DNA from: an uncultured Chloroflexia bacterium
Lineage (GTDB): Bacteria > Chloroflexota > Dehalococcoidia > DSTF01 > JALHUB01
Reading direction: 5' to 3'
DNA: 64,000 nt
Assembly (NCBI GenBank): GCA_963726245.1
Contig: CAVSBT010000015.1
Coordinates: 1 to 64,000, forward strand
Both the position numbers and the translations under genes were made by a program. Every line of letters begins with the position of its first letter. Position 1 is the stretch's first letter. Below the pieces are notes generated by a model. The model did no database searches, was not told the origin of the DNA, and worked only from the letters and a program-made list of their open reading frames with translations. Of this stretch, positions 21,973 to 33,255 are shown piece after piece.

Positions 21973-23608
21973 CTAGACCGCCGTCGAGACGGGCGGCGGT
22001 TCCCGGAGGCGGCGGCTGGCCACGAACAGCGCCCCCAGGCAGAGAAGAGCGACCGGCGCCATGATTGCGTAGACAACCAGCACCAGGTCGGAGTCGCTGA
22101 GCCCCTCCCAGGGGATTACGAGGCGCGAGCCGACCAGCACGATGAGTCCGTTCCAGAGGCCGTGCAGCGCGACCGCTGCCGCGTAGTAAAGAAAGCCGCT
22201 GAGAGGCCTTCCCCGTGCCAGCACCTGGTACCAGCCGAGGCCGACGAGCCCGCTGCCGAGGGCATGGGTAGCGGTGGAGCCCGCCCTCATCAGCATCAGG
22301 GACCACCAGTCGGTGCCGGCGTCGCCGAAGCCGCCGAGCCCGTAGAGAAGGGCTTCGACGGTGCCGAAGGATGCCCCCGCCACCACCCCCAGCACAAAGG
22401 CCGTGGTCTTCGAGGAGCGGGGCGAGATCAGGAGACGCACCCCCAGGCCCTTGGCGGCCTCTTCCACCAAAGGCGGCACGACGGCCACTGTGAGCAGAGC
22501 CAGGGCCAACTGCTCCCGATTGCTGAGGAAGACTTCGAAGTTCCTGAAGATGTCGGATACCTCGCTGCCGGTGGCTGCCCCCTCGAAGGCGCCCTTGCTG
22601 GCCAGGAAGGCCACCATGATGCCGCCGTCGAAGAGTAGCTCGGCCAGCGATGCGATCATCACCGCCAGGGTCATCGTCAAGCCGATGCCCAGCAGTATCT
22701 GGCGCCAGGTCGGACGGCAGCCTGGCTCTCGCCAGCCGAAACCGCCGCGGGCGGCCAGGCCCACCAGCGCGACGCCGGGCAGGACGGCCGCCAGGAGGTG
22801 CAGGGGCGGCATCACCGCCGCCAGCGGCTGCTCCATGGCCATCACCAGCCCGCCGAGCGCCACTACCAGGGCGAAGGCCGGCACGCACCAGCAGCGCCGG
22901 CGGCAGCCAGGAGGGGCCCGAGGCCTCGCCCATCAGCTCAGAGACCCCGTGATAGGTGAGCGCGACGCCCGGCACCATCGTCAGGAAGAAGACAGCAGCC
23001 AGCCCCACAGCGGTTTGCAGCGTTGATACCTCGTCTGTCCCGTTCGTTTGCCCTTCGGCGGCCGGAAGGGAGAACGTAAGGAGGAACAGCATCAGGAGGC
23101 CGCCGACAAGGAGCTGTGCGCCGTAGACGGTGCCAACCCAGAGAACGAGTCTGGAGAGGACGCGTCGCGGCTGCTCCCGCCGGCCCCACAGCCATGCCAG
23201 GGCGAGCAGGGCGAGGCCGAGCGCCAGGAAGGCGGGCCCCGCGACAAGCATGGTGGCGGCAGCCCGATCCGGGTCCACGTCGGGGTTATCGAGCTGGCGC
23301 AGGAGGGGCGAGGCCGCCATGAGGCCGAGCCCGACCGGCACGAAGGCCAGCCCCATGATGAAGAGGGCGACCAGGGCCGCCATGCGCTGCCCCAGCCAGA
23401 GGAGAAGAAAACCCACCAGAGCCGTCACCTCGCCTGCCAGGGAGAGGGCGCCCGCGGTGACGAGAGCGTTCTCCTGGCTGGAGGCGGCGGTGGCGACGGC
23501 CAGGCCCATCAGGGAGAGGCCCGTCGCCAGGAGGGCTGCGCCCGCGACGACGGCGGATATGCGGGCGCCGATCACTGCGCACCACCGCCGGCGGCCGCCC
23601 CGGACCAC
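21973..23608 (-). CDS. PrsW-family intramembrane metalloprotease with long hydrophobic N-terminal region, frameshift near 22890
   Basis: PPLVEEAAKG, GASFGTVEAL, ATHALGSG, LHGLWN motifs. Confidence 0.8.
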
Positions 23609-24804
23609 GGCTCCACACGCCCCGCCACTACGCTGTACAGGGTGGCGCCGGCCGGGAGGGAATGCGTGTCTGACGGACCGGCACTATCGAAGCGGTCGGC
23701 GTCGACCGACGTGATCAGCACTTGCTCAAACTCAGAGGTGGCGGCCAGGATGCCCTTTCGCCGCGACTCGTCCAGCTCGGAAAGCACGTCGTCCAGCAGC
23801 AAGATGGGGTACTCGCCGCTGCGGTCCAGCAGGAACCGCCCCTCGGCCAGGCGCAGGGCCAGAGCGGCGGTGCGCTGCTGCCCTCGCGAGCCGTAGGCCG
23901 CCGCCGGCACGCCGTTCAGGAGAAAGAGAAGGTCGTCGCGGTGGGGGCCGGCGAGGGAGACGCCCGCTGCGACGTCGCGCTGCCGTCCCGCGGCCAGGGC
24001 GTCGAGCAGGGCAGCGGCCAGCTCATCGATGGAAGCTGCCGCGACCCGTTCGCCGTCCCAGGATCGGGAGAGCTGTGGCTGGTAGACGAGGGAGAGCTCC
24101 TCTTCGCCGCCGCTGAGCGCCCGATGGGCCTCCTCCGCCAGCGCCGACAGAGCGGACACAGCGCGACCCCGGCTGCTGGTGATGTAAGCGCCGTGCCGGG
24201 CCATCTCTTCGTCCCAAAAGGAGAGCTGGTCGATGCCGGCAGCCCCCTCCTGGATGCGGCGCAGGAGGGCGTTGCGCTGGACGACTATCTTGCCGTAGCG
24301 CTGAAGGGCGCGCAGGTAGGCGGGGTCCACCTGGGAAAGGGTGATGTCCAGGTAGCGCCGGCGCAGGGAGGGGGCGCCGCCTACCAGGTCGATGTCCTGG
24401 GTGGTGAAGAGAACGGCCATCATCTGGCCCACCGTATCCGAGGCTCGGCGCGCGATGCCGTTGACGCGCAGCCGCTTGGAGGCGGGCAGGCGGCTCGCGG
24501 CAGGCTGGTCGCCCGGCGGCCGGGTGATGATGGCGGCCTCCACCTGCACGCTCCCGTTCCGCCGCCGCGCCGTACCTACCAGTCGCGCAACCGCCGGACC
24601 CTGGTGGGCCGCCTCCCGGTTCACCAGCTCGGCCTCGGTCGTGGCGCGCACGGAGCGGGTCGTGGCCAGGAGGTAGATGGCCTCGAGCAGGTTGCTCTTG
24701 CCCTGCGCGTTGCCGCCCACGAAGAGCAGCAGGCCGCGCGGAAGGGTGACATCAAGCCGGCGGTAGTTGCGGAAGTCGCGGAGGCTCAGTTGCTCAATGT
24801 GCAT
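23572..24804 (-). CDS. recF: DNA replication/repair protein RecF
   Basis: LRDFRNY, GGNAQGKSNLLEAI, GAPSLRRRYLD, GPHRDDL, SRGQQRT, LLLDDVLSELD. Confidence 0.95.
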   Translation of the reverse strand: MHIEQLSLRDFRNYRRLDVTLPRGLLLFVGGNAQGKSNLLEAIYLLATTRSVRATTEAELVNREAAHQGPAVARLVGTARRRNGSVQVEAAIITRPPGDQPAASRLPASKRLRVNGIARRASDTVGQMMAVLFTTQDIDLVGGAPSLRRRYLDITLSQVDPAYLRALQRYGKIVVQRNALLRRIQEGAAGIDQLSFWDEEMARHGAYITSSRGRAVSALSALAEEAHRALSGGEEELSLVYQPQLSRSWDGERVAAASIDELAAALLDALAAGRQRDVAAGVSLAGPHRDDLLFLLNGVPAAAYGSRGQQRTAALALRLAEGRFLLDRSGEYPILLLDDVLSELDESRRKGILAATSEFEQVLITSVDADRFDSAGPSDTHSLPAGATLYSVVAGRVEPWSGAAAGGGAQ

Positions 24805-24895
24805 GGCAGGGCGTAAGCGACCCATTATAACAGTCGGCCGGGCGCCTGCCGGCCGCAGGCAAGCGTTCGAGGGCCTGATGGGGCGATGTGAGGGT

Positions 24896-25684
24896 CTAGG
24901 TCCCGCCGCTGAAGCGCAGATGGAGTCGTAGAGCCTCAGGCCGCGCCTCCTCGATGGTGAGGGCCTCACCGATGTATTCCATCAGGCCATCGAGGATGCG
25001 GCGGGCCGTCAAGGGCTCGCGCAGGAGGAGAACGATGCGCGCCTCGCCGTCCAGGTATCGCTCCACCGACGCGCCTTCGACGGCGGGCATGTGGGTCAGG
25101 GCCCGCTGCACCTCCATCAGACCCTGGAAGCCGGGGACGGAGCTGATGAGGAGCTGGATGCCCTCGCCGCCGGCGGCGAACTGGGGCTCCGCCGGCGCGC
25201 CCTGCTGCTCCACCGGCAGATCAACGACGGAGACCTTGGCGGGCCGCGCCGCAGGCGGTGCCTCCACAGGCGGTGGCTCTGCGGGCGGCGTCTCCACGGC
25301 CGGCGCCTCGGCGGGCGGCGGCGGAGTCGGTACGCTGGGGACAGGGAGCTTTGGCAGCTCATCCAGGCGCCGCTCGAGGCGCTGGACGGCGTCGGTCAGG
25401 GTCTTCACTTGCTCCGACAGCCGGTTGCCCTCCTCGCCCATGAGGTCCACCACGCGGCCGAAGTAGTCGGACACAGCGCGAGTCGCAGCCTGGACGTCGG
25501 GTGGCAGGGGCTGCTTCCTGGGAGAGGCCCGAGGCACCGGCGGCCGGTTGGCGCGCGTCATCTCCTGGGCTGCCCTTGTCAGTACCGCCTCGGCATCGGT
25601 CAGGGCGCGCCGGAGGCTGGCGAGCTTCTCGCGGGCAGCTCTCTTCTTGATGTCAGGTTCGTTGCTCCGCTGACGGCCGGTCAT
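24896..25684 (-). CDS. Hypothetical protein: coiled-coil N-terminus, Pro-rich linker, small C-terminal alpha/beta domain
   Basis: Long ORF with GC-rich codon usage; PPVEAPP repeats. Confidence 0.65.
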   Translation of the reverse strand: MTGRQRSNEPDIKKRAAREKLASLRRALTDAEAVLTRAAQEMTRANRPPVPRASPRKQPLPPDVQAATRAVSDYFGRVVDLMGEEGNRLSEQVKTLTDAVQRLERRLDELPKLPVPSVPTPPPPAEAPAVETPPAEPPPVEAPPAARPAKVSVVDLPVEQQGAPAEPQFAAGGEGIQLLISSVPGFQGLMEVQRALTHMPAVEGASVERYLDGEARIVLLLREPLTARRILDGLMEYIGEALTIEEARPEALRLHLRFSGGT

Positions 25685-25968
25685 GCCAGAGGTCATTGAA
25701 GGCAGCTTCTCCAAAGGCGACCGCTGCGGCGTCCTGGTTCCTTGCCGGCTCTTGGGCGGTAACGGGCAGCCTGCCCGTTCCGAGGCGACCGAAGGCGCCG
25801 CCGCTGGGCTGCTCCTGGACACGAGACAGCTTGCCGGCGGATGGCGGTTCGCCCCAAGGATTATCGGCACAAGGAGACCGCCTTGGAAGGCGAACCGGTG
25901 CCATCAAGACAGCAGTATTATACCTGCCAGCGCCGCCCGGCGCGCCGGGCCTTTGTGGGCGCATGGTG

Positions 25969-26074
25969 GTAGGGGCGCACGGCCGTGCGCCCCTACACGT
26001 GCCATGGAGCCGCCGTACGCTACCCCACGGCCGGACGCGCAGGCCCTCCGGGGCGACCACGGGGCCGCCCCTAC
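25969..26074. repeat. GTAG-type REP pair
   Basis: Perfect palindrome GTAGGGGCGCACGGCCGTGCGCCCCTAC (25969-25996) plus degenerate copy GGGGCGACCACGGGGCCGCCCCTAC (26050-26074). Confidence 0.8.
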
Positions 26075-26142
26075 GTGCGCGGCCGCATCACCGTGGTCGC
26101 GTGATCGGGACAATCGGACCGAAGAAGGGGCCTTTCGGTACG

Positions 26143-26220
26143 TTGATTGCCAGGAGCCGGTATCCTACAATCCTAGTGAACGGCAGGCGGAGTTGCCCAT
26201 ACTTATATAGTTTTGCGCGA
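26143..26220 (+). promoter_or_regulatory. Sigma70-type promoter and candidate operator upstream of the heme operon
   Basis: TTGATT(26143)-17 bp-TACAAT(26166); AT-rich imperfect palindrome TTGCCCATACTTATATAGTTTTGCGCGA (26193-26220). Confidence 0.55.
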
Positions 26221-26939
26221 TTCGACGACCGAACCTGAGGCTGTGGGACCCTCCCAGGCGGGAGGCTGGCTCACTCTGGGCCACGCCTCTCGCCTGCTCG
26301 GCGTGGACGAATCGACCCTGCGGCGCTGGGCCGACGCCGGCCAGGTCCGCGCCTTTCGCACGCCGGGTGGCCATCGACGCTTTGCCGAAGCCGACGTGCA
26401 GGCCATACTCAACGGCCAGGCCTACAAGCCTCGCGCCGGCGCGGGCGATCTCAGGACTGCTGGCGGTGACCCGCATCCGTCGCCAGCTCCAGAGGGGGCC
26501 TGGCCACGATGCCGCCTGGCACACGGGGGCGGGCGAACAGGAGCGGGAGCGGCTGCGGACCCTTGGCCGCCGCCTGGTCGTCTTCGTCTCCGACTATCTG
26601 AGCGGCCGCAGCCGGCGAGGCGCCCGCGTCGAAGCACGCGAGATAGGGCATGAGTACGGCCGCGAGCTGCCCCAGGCCGGCTTCTCCCTCCACCAGACAC
26701 TGGAGGCATTCACGTTCTTCCGGCGGAGCCTGGACCAGGCCACCCGGCAGGTCGCTCAAAGGACCGGCCTCTCCCCAGAGGAGACCCTGGCCCGCTGCGA
26801 GCAGGTCATGAGCCTGGCCGATGAGGTGTTGCTGGGGATAGCGGAGTCCTTCGAGGAGTCCCGCGGCGGCGCCCCTTTGCCGGGTTCGAAGCCGGGCCAC
26901 GGGCCGGTCGCGGCGGGACGCGGCAGCAAAGGGCGGTAG
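26213..26939 (+). CDS. MerR/excisionase-like HTH regulator with C-terminal all-helical (globin/RsbR-N-like) domain, frameshift near 26440
   Basis: WLTLGHASRLLGVDESTLRRWADAGQVRAFRTPGGHRRF, then ...AREIGHEYG...GFSLHQTLEAFTFFRRSL. Confidence 0.8.
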
Positions 26940-26944
26940 ACAGC

Positions 26945-28876
26945 ATGCTGGGCGTGACGAGGCTCCTCTGCGGCACGGCGACACCGGGCGACGCCCTGCG
27001 CTACGAGCGGCAGGCCGGGCGGCTTCCGCCTCATCTCCTCCACTACTCGGAGGACAAGAAGCCGGTGGTGGTCTGGAACCTCACGCGGCGCTGCAACCTC
27101 TTCTGCGCCCACTGCTACAGCGACTCGCACGGCAAGGACTACGCCGGCGAGCTGAGCACCGAGGAGGCGCTGGGCGTCATCGACGACCTGGCGCAGTTCG
27201 GGGCGCCCGTCATCCTCTTCTCCGGCGGCGAGCCCCTCCTGCGACCGGACCTCTTGCAGCTCATCCGCCACGCCCAGTCGCGGGGCATCCGCGGTGTCGT
27301 CTCCACCAACGGCACGCTCATCACACCCGCCCTGGCCCAGGAGATGGCCGAAGTGGGCCTCTCCTACGTCGGCGTGAGCATCGACGGCCCGGAGCCCGTC
27401 CACGACAAGTTCCGGGGCAAGCTCGGCGCCTTCCAGGAGAGCCTGAGGGGCATCCACGCCTGCCTCGACGCCGGCCTGCGGGTCGGCATCCGCGTCACGC
27501 TCACCAAGTACAACTACCCCTATCTGGATGAGCTCTTCGACCTGGTGGAAGCGGAGAACATCCCCCGCGCCTGCTTCTACCACCTGGCCTACGCCGGTCG
27601 CGGCGACCGGCTCCAGACGATGCACCGCGTGGACCTGACCCACGAGGAGACCCGCGACGCCGTCGATACCATCTTCCGGCGAACGATGGACCTCCATCGC
27701 CGCGGCCTCACGAAGGACGTCCTCACCGTCGACAACCACACCGACGCCGTCTACCTCTATCTGAAGGTGCGCCGGGAGCAGCCGGAGCGGGCCGAGGAGG
27801 TCTACGAGATGCTGCGCTGGCAGGGCGGCAACCAGTCGGGGGTGGCTGTGGGCGACATCGACAACCTGGGCAACGTGCACGCCGACCAGTTTAGCTGGCA
27901 CCGCTCCTTCGGCAACGTGCGCGAGCGCCCCTTCAGCCAGATCTGGACCGACACCAGCGACCCCGTCCTGCAGGTCCTCAAGGACCGCCGAGGCCACATC
28001 AAGGGCAGGTGCTCGGTCTGCCCCTACTTCGAGATCTGCAACGGCAACCTGCGCGCCCGCGCCGAGAGCTACTACGGCGACCCCTGGGCCGAGGACCCCG
28101 CCTGCTACCTGAGCGACGAGGAACTGGGCATCACCCAGGCCTATGAGAGGCTGGAGCCTCTCCCGAGCAAGGCGCGCTCTCCGGCCGCGGAAGGGGCGGC
28201 CGATAGGGAAATGGGATACTACCCCGTCTTCCTGGAGATGAAGGACCGCCCCTGCGTCGTCGTGGGCGGCGGGACGGTGGCGGAGCGCAAGGTGGAGGGG
28301 CTGCTGGCCGCCGGCGCCCGGGTGACGGTCATCAGCCCGGAGCTGACGCCCGCCCTGGCCGCTCTCAAGGAGGAAGGACGGCTCCACCACGTCGCCCGCT
28401 CGTATCGAGTGGGGGACCTGGAGGGGTACGAAGTCGCGGTGGTGGCCACCGACGACGGCGCCGCCAACGCCGAAGTGGCCCGCGAGGGCCGGCGACGGCG
28501 CGTCTGGGTGAACGCCGTCGACGACCCGCCCAACTGCGACTTCATCCTCCCGTCCGTCATCCGTCGCGGCGAGATCGTCGTCGCCGTCTCGACGGGGGGC
28601 GCCAGCCCCGCCCTGGCGCGCCGTCTGCGGGAGGAGCTGGAGGCCTTCCTCGACGAGGACTACGCTCCCCTGGCCGAGCTGCTGCAGGAGGTGCGGCAGG
28701 AGCTCCGCGCGCGGGGCGTCGTGGTGGACGCGGAAGCGTGGCAGAGGGCCATCGACGGCCGCCTGCGTGCCCTCCTCGCGCAGGATCGTCGGGCCGAGGC
28801 CAAGGCGCACCTGCTGGCCTCCCTGGGCCTGCCAGGACGGCGGGCCGCCGCGAGACCAGCGGACAGCGAGAAATAG
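26945..28876 (+). CDS. ahbC: Radical SAM AhbC/NirJ1-like protein read in frame with precorrin-2 dehydrogenase/ferrochelatase (SirC/CysG-N; own ATG at 28211)
   Basis: WNLTRRCNLFCAHCY, SGGEPL, TVDNHTD, SPASM cysteines GRCSVC...ICNG...DPACY; then MGYYPVFL...VVGGGTVAERK, VNAVDDP, STGGASPALA. Confidence 0.85.
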   Translation: MLGVTRLLCGTATPGDALRYERQAGRLPPHLLHYSEDKKPVVVWNLTRRCNLFCAHCYSDSHGKDYAGELSTEEALGVIDDLAQFGAPVILFSGGEPLLRPDLLQLIRHAQSRGIRGVVSTNGTLITPALAQEMAEVGLSYVGVSIDGPEPVHDKFRGKLGAFQESLRGIHACLDAGLRVGIRVTLTKYNYPYLDELFDLVEAENIPRACFYHLAYAGRGDRLQTMHRVDLTHEETRDAVDTIFRRTMDLHRRGLTKDVLTVDNHTDAVYLYLKVRREQPERAEEVYEMLRWQGGNQSGVAVGDIDNLGNVHADQFSWHRSFGNVRERPFSQIWTDTSDPVLQVLKDRRGHIKGRCSVCPYFEICNGNLRARAESYYGDPWAEDPACYLSDEELGITQAYERLEPLPSKARSPAAEGAADREMGYYPVFLEMKDRPCVVVGGGTVAERKVEGLLAAGARVTVISPELTPALAALKEEGRLHHVARSYRVGDLEGYEVAVVATDDGAANAEVAREGRRRRVWVNAVDDPPNCDFILPSVIRRGEIVVAVSTGGASPALARRLREELEAFLDEDYAPLAELLQEVRQELRARGVVVDAEAWQRAIDGRLRALLAQDRRAEAKAHLLASLGLPGRRAAARPADSEK

Positions 28877-28879
28877 AGC

Positions 28880-30148
28880 ATGGTGCTGGCACTCCTCGGC
28901 ATCAACCACAAGACAGCCCCCATCGAGGTGCGGGAGCGCTTCGCCTTCGCCTCGGCCGATCTGCCGGCGGCGATGGCCGCGCTCAAGGAGGAGTACGGCA
29001 ACGGGGCCATCATCTCCACCTGCAACCGCACCGAGCTCTACGTCGTGGGAAAGCGCGGGCAGCCGGGCCGCTCAGAGCTGCTGCGCTTCCTGGGCCGCCT
29101 CAAGGGAGAGGACGCCGAAGGGCAGAGGAGGCGGTTCTACTTCGCGACCCATTCGCGGGCCGTGGGCCACCTCTTCCGGGTGGCGGCGGGCCTGGAGTCC
29201 ATGGTCCTGGGCGAGGCCGAGATCCTGGGGCAGGTGCGCAACGCCTACGCCGCCTCGGCGAGCGCCGGCGCCAGCGGCCCCGTCCTCGACCGGCTCTTCC
29301 ACGCCGCTATCCACGTGGGGAGGCGGGCCCGCAGCGAGACGGGCATCGGGCGCTACTCCATCTCCGTCAGCTCGACGGCGGTGAGGCTGGCCCGGCGCGT
29401 CCTGGGCGACCTCACGGGCAGCACGGTGCTCGTGGTGAGCGCCGGCGAGGCCGGGAAGCTCACCGCCCGCAACCTGAAGGAGACCGGCGTCGCACGCCTC
29501 CTGGTCACCAGCCGCACCCTGGAGCGGGCCGCCGAGCTGGCGGCCGACCTGGGGGGCCAGGCCATCCCCTTTGACCAGCTCGGCCGCGCCCTGGCCGAGT
29601 CCGACATCGTCATCACGTCTACGGGCGCGCCGGCCTTCCTCATCGACCAGCCGACCATCGAGGCCGCCGTGCGCTGCCGCAACGGCCGCCCGCTCCTTCT
29701 CATCGACATCGCCGTGCCCAGGGACGTGGACCCCTCCGTCCGCCGGTTCGAAAACGTCCACCTCTACGACATCGACGACCTGCAGGCGGTGACCGAGGCC
29801 AACATGCGCGAGCGCGAGAAGGAGGTGGACAAGGTCGAGGCCCTGGTCGAGGAAGAGGTCTCGCGCTTCGTCGAGTGGTATCGCTCTCTGGACGTGATCC
29901 CCACCATCGCTGCCCTGCGCGAGCACGCCGAGCAGGTGAGGCGCGTCGAGCTGGACAGGACCCTGAGCCGTCTCTCCGACATCTCCCCCGAAGAGAGGGC
30001 CCGCGTCGAGGCCATGAGCCGCGCCATCGTCAAGAAGATCCTGCACCGGCCCATCGCCCGCCTGAAGTCCGAAGGCGGCGACGGCGACCTGTACGTGGCG
30101 GCCCTGCGCGACCTCTTCGCCCTCGGTGAGCGCCCGCCCGAGTCCTGA
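28880..30148 (+). CDS. hemA: Glutamyl-tRNA reductase
   Basis: GINHKTAPIEVRE, STCNRTE, GLESMVLGEAEILGQV, DIAVPRDV, KILHRP. Confidence 0.96.
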   Translation: MVLALLGINHKTAPIEVRERFAFASADLPAAMAALKEEYGNGAIISTCNRTELYVVGKRGQPGRSELLRFLGRLKGEDAEGQRRRFYFATHSRAVGHLFRVAAGLESMVLGEAEILGQVRNAYAASASAGASGPVLDRLFHAAIHVGRRARSETGIGRYSISVSSTAVRLARRVLGDLTGSTVLVVSAGEAGKLTARNLKETGVARLLVTSRTLERAAELAADLGGQAIPFDQLGRALAESDIVITSTGAPAFLIDQPTIEAAVRCRNGRPLLLIDIAVPRDVDPSVRRFENVHLYDIDDLQAVTEANMREREKEVDKVEALVEEEVSRFVEWYRSLDVIPTIAALREHAEQVRRVELDRTLSRLSDISPEERARVEAMSRAIVKKILHRPIARLKSEGGDGDLYVAALRDLFALGERPPES

Positions 30149-30151
30149 CCG

Positions 30152-31083
30152 GTGTCTTCCGAAAGAGTCATCACCGTCGGCAGCCGGGGAAGCCGGCTGG
30201 CGCTGCGCCAGACCGAGCTGGTGCTGGCGGAGCTCACGCGGCGCTTCCCTGAGCCGGCGCTTCCAGGTGCTGGAGGTGCGCACGACCGGCGACCGCCGCC
30301 CGGAGGCATCGCTGGCCGCGATCGGCGGGCAGGGCGTCTTCGTCAAGGAGCTGGAGACGGCCCTGCGCGCTCGACGGGTGGACCTGGCCGTCCACAGCCT
30401 GAAGGACGTGCCGGTGGAGGTGGGCAGCGGCCTCGTCCTGGCCGCCGTCACCGAGCGCGGCGACGTGCGCGACGCCGTCGTCAGCCGTGGGCGGCGCCGG
30501 CTGGCGGAGCTGCCGGCTGGATCGCGCGTCGGCACCGGCAGCCTGCAGACGGGCGGTGCAGGTGCGGGCGCTGCGGCCGGACCTGGAGGTGGTGGAGCTG
30601 CGCGGCAACGTGGACACGCGCCTGCGCAAGGTGGAGGAGGGCCTGGTGGACGCCGCCATACTCGCCGCCGCCGGCCTGGCCCGGCTGGGCTATCTGGAGC
30701 GGGCGGCGGAGCTGCTGGATACGGACGCTATGCTGCCCGCCGTCGGGCAGGGGGCGCTGACGCTGGAGGCCCGCGCCGATGATGCTGAGGTGATCGAGAT
30801 GGCCTCTGCCCTGGACCACGGCGATACCCGGCTGGCCACCACCGCCGAACGGGCCTTCCTCGCCCGACTGGGCGGCGGCTGCCGTCTCCCCATCGCCGCG
30901 CTGGGCGTCGTCGAGGGCGATTCGCTGCGCCTGCGCGGGCTCATCGCCGACGCCGAGGGGCGGCGACTCCTCCGCGGCGAGGCGACGGGTCCCGCCTCGG
31001 ACGCCGAGGCGCTGGGCGCGGCGCTGGCCGAGCAGTTGCTGGCTCAGGGAGCCGCCGAGCTTCTCTCGGAGGCCGCGCGATGA
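30152..31083 (+). CDS. hemC: Hydroxymethylbilane synthase, two frameshifts
   Basis: [52 protein letters not shown]. Confidence 0.95.
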
Positions 31084-32631
31084 ACCCGCCGGGCAAGGTC
31101 TGGCTCGTCGGCGCCGGGCCGGGCGACCCCGGCCTCATCACCGTGGCCGGCGTCGCCGCGCTGGCCGAGGCCGAGGTGGTGGTCTACGACCGGCTGGTCA
31201 GCGCGCAGCTCCTGGAGCTGGCGCCCTCGTCCGCCGAGCGCATCTTCGTCGGCAAGGAGGCGGGCGCCCACGCCCTGCCGCAGGAGCAGATAGACGCCCT
31301 CCTGGTGGAGAAGGCGCGCCAGGGCAGGCGCGTCGTCCGCCTGAAGGGGGGCGACCCCTACGTCTTCGGTCGCGGCGGCGAGGAGGCGGAGGCCCTGGCG
31401 GCGGCCGGCGTCCCCTTCGAGGTGGTGCCCGGCGTCACCTCGGCCGTGGCGGTGCCCGCCTACGCCGGCATCCCCGTCACCCACCGCGACCTGGCCTCGT
31501 CCTTCGCCGTCATCACCGGCCACGAAGACCCCAGCCAAGGCGGAGACGGCCATCGACTGGTCGAAGCTGGCCACCGGCGTCGATACCCTGGTCTTCCTGA
31601 TGGGCACCGCTACCCTTCCCCAGATTGTCGAGAAGCTGGTGGAGCACGGCCGCCCGGCTGCCACGCCGGTCGCAGTCATCCGCTGGGGCACGACGCCCGC
31701 CCAGGAGGTGGTGACCGGCACCCTGGCCGACATCGTGCGGCGGGTGAAGGAGGCGCGCCTGGAGCCGCCCGCCGTCACCGTCGTCGGCGAGGTGGTGCGC
31801 CTGCGGGAGACGCTCCGCTGGTTCGATTCGCCGCGGGCGAAGCCTCTCTTCGGCAAGCGCGTGCTCGTGACGCGCACCCGCCGGCAGGCCAGCGCCCTCA
31901 GCCGCCTGCTGTCCCAGCAAGGGGCGGAGCCCATCGAGCTGCCGGCCCTGGAGCTCGTGCCGCGCGACGACCCCCGCCGGCTGGGGCGGGCCCTCGACGC
32001 CCTGGCCCGCGGCCGCTACCAGTGGGTCGTCTTCACCAGCGCCAACGGCGTCGACATCTTCTTCCAGCGCCTGAGGGAGGCGGGCCGCGACGCCCGCGCC
32101 TTCGCCGGGGCCCGCGTCTGCGCCATCGGGCCGGGCACGGCGGCCGCCCTGGCCGCCCACGGGCTGCGGGCCGACCTGGTGCCGGAGGAGTTCGTGGCGG
32201 AGTCGGTGGTCGAGGCCCTGGCGCGTCAGAAGGTGGCTGAGAACCGCATCCTGCTGCCCCGCGCCGAGGGCGCCCGTCGCGAGCTGGTGCGCGGCCTGCG
32301 CGCCCTGGGCGCCCGCGTCGACGAGCTGCCTCTCTACGTCGCGGCGCCGCCCGGCGCGCCGGAGCCGGAGGCCCTGCGCCGGCTGCGGGCCGGCGAGGTG
32401 GACGTCGTCACCTTCGCCAGCTCGTCGGCGGTCAAGAACCTGGTCAAGCTGCTGGGAGGCGACACGGCGCCCCTGAAGGGCCCCCTCATCGCCTGCATCG
32501 GGCCCGTCACGGCGCGCACGGCGCGAGAGGCCGGGCTGGAGGTGGGCGTGGAGTCGAAGGAGCACACCATCCCGGGGCTGGTGCGGGCGCTGGTAGAGCA
32601 CTTCTCACCTGCCGGCGACGCAAGACCGTGA
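31080..32631 (+). CDS. cobA: Uroporphyrinogen-III C-methyltransferase/synthase fusion (CobA-HemD), frameshift near 31540
   Basis: [36 protein letters not shown]; then [33 protein letters not shown]. Confidence 0.93.
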
Positions 32632-33255
32632 CCGAGCTGCGGACGGTTCAGCGCCTCTATGGCCTCGTGGCCCGCATCTACGACCTGCGCGTCGGCCCAT
32701 TGCTGCGCCGGCGCAAGACCGCACTCGAGGCCCTGCGCCCTCGACCGGGGGACACGGTGCTGGACCTGGCCTGCGGCACGGGCCTGAACTTCCGCCACAT
32801 CATCGAGCGCATCGGCCCCGAGGGCAGGATCGTCGGGGTGGACTGCACGCGCGCGCATGCTGAAGCAGGCCCGGCGCAAGCTCGCCCGCCATCGCTGGGA
32901 CGGCGTGACGCTGGTGGAGGGGGATGCCACCCGCCTGCCCCTGGCCAGCGACTCCTGCGACGCCGTCCTCTGCTCCTACGCCATGGCGATCATCCCCGAC
33001 TACCGGCGGGCGATAGCGGAGGCGGCGCGCGTCCTCAAGCCCGGCGGGCGGCTGGTGCTGCTGGAGCCCAAGCGCGGCACCGCGCTGTGGGCCAGGGCCG
33101 TGACCCCGCTGGTGGCCTTGTCCGGTGTCGGCGTGGTCCACCTGGACCGGAGGGCCTGGGAGGAGCTGCCCGGCCTGCTGGAGGACGTTTCCCGTCGTGA
33201 CTACCTGGGTGGGTTGGTGTACATTGCGAGCGGCACGAAGGGGAAGGCGCCGTGA
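32628..33255 (+). CDS. Class I SAM-dependent methyltransferase (UbiE-like), frameshift near 32850
   Basis: VLDLACGTG, VEGDATRLP, ARVLKPGGRL. Confidence 0.85.

Noticed and set aside
26756-28909. Long antisense ORFs (e.g. 26756-28909, 35684-37939, 55653-57827)
   Set aside because: These are shadow ORFs opposite well-supported genes, expected in high-GC DNA.
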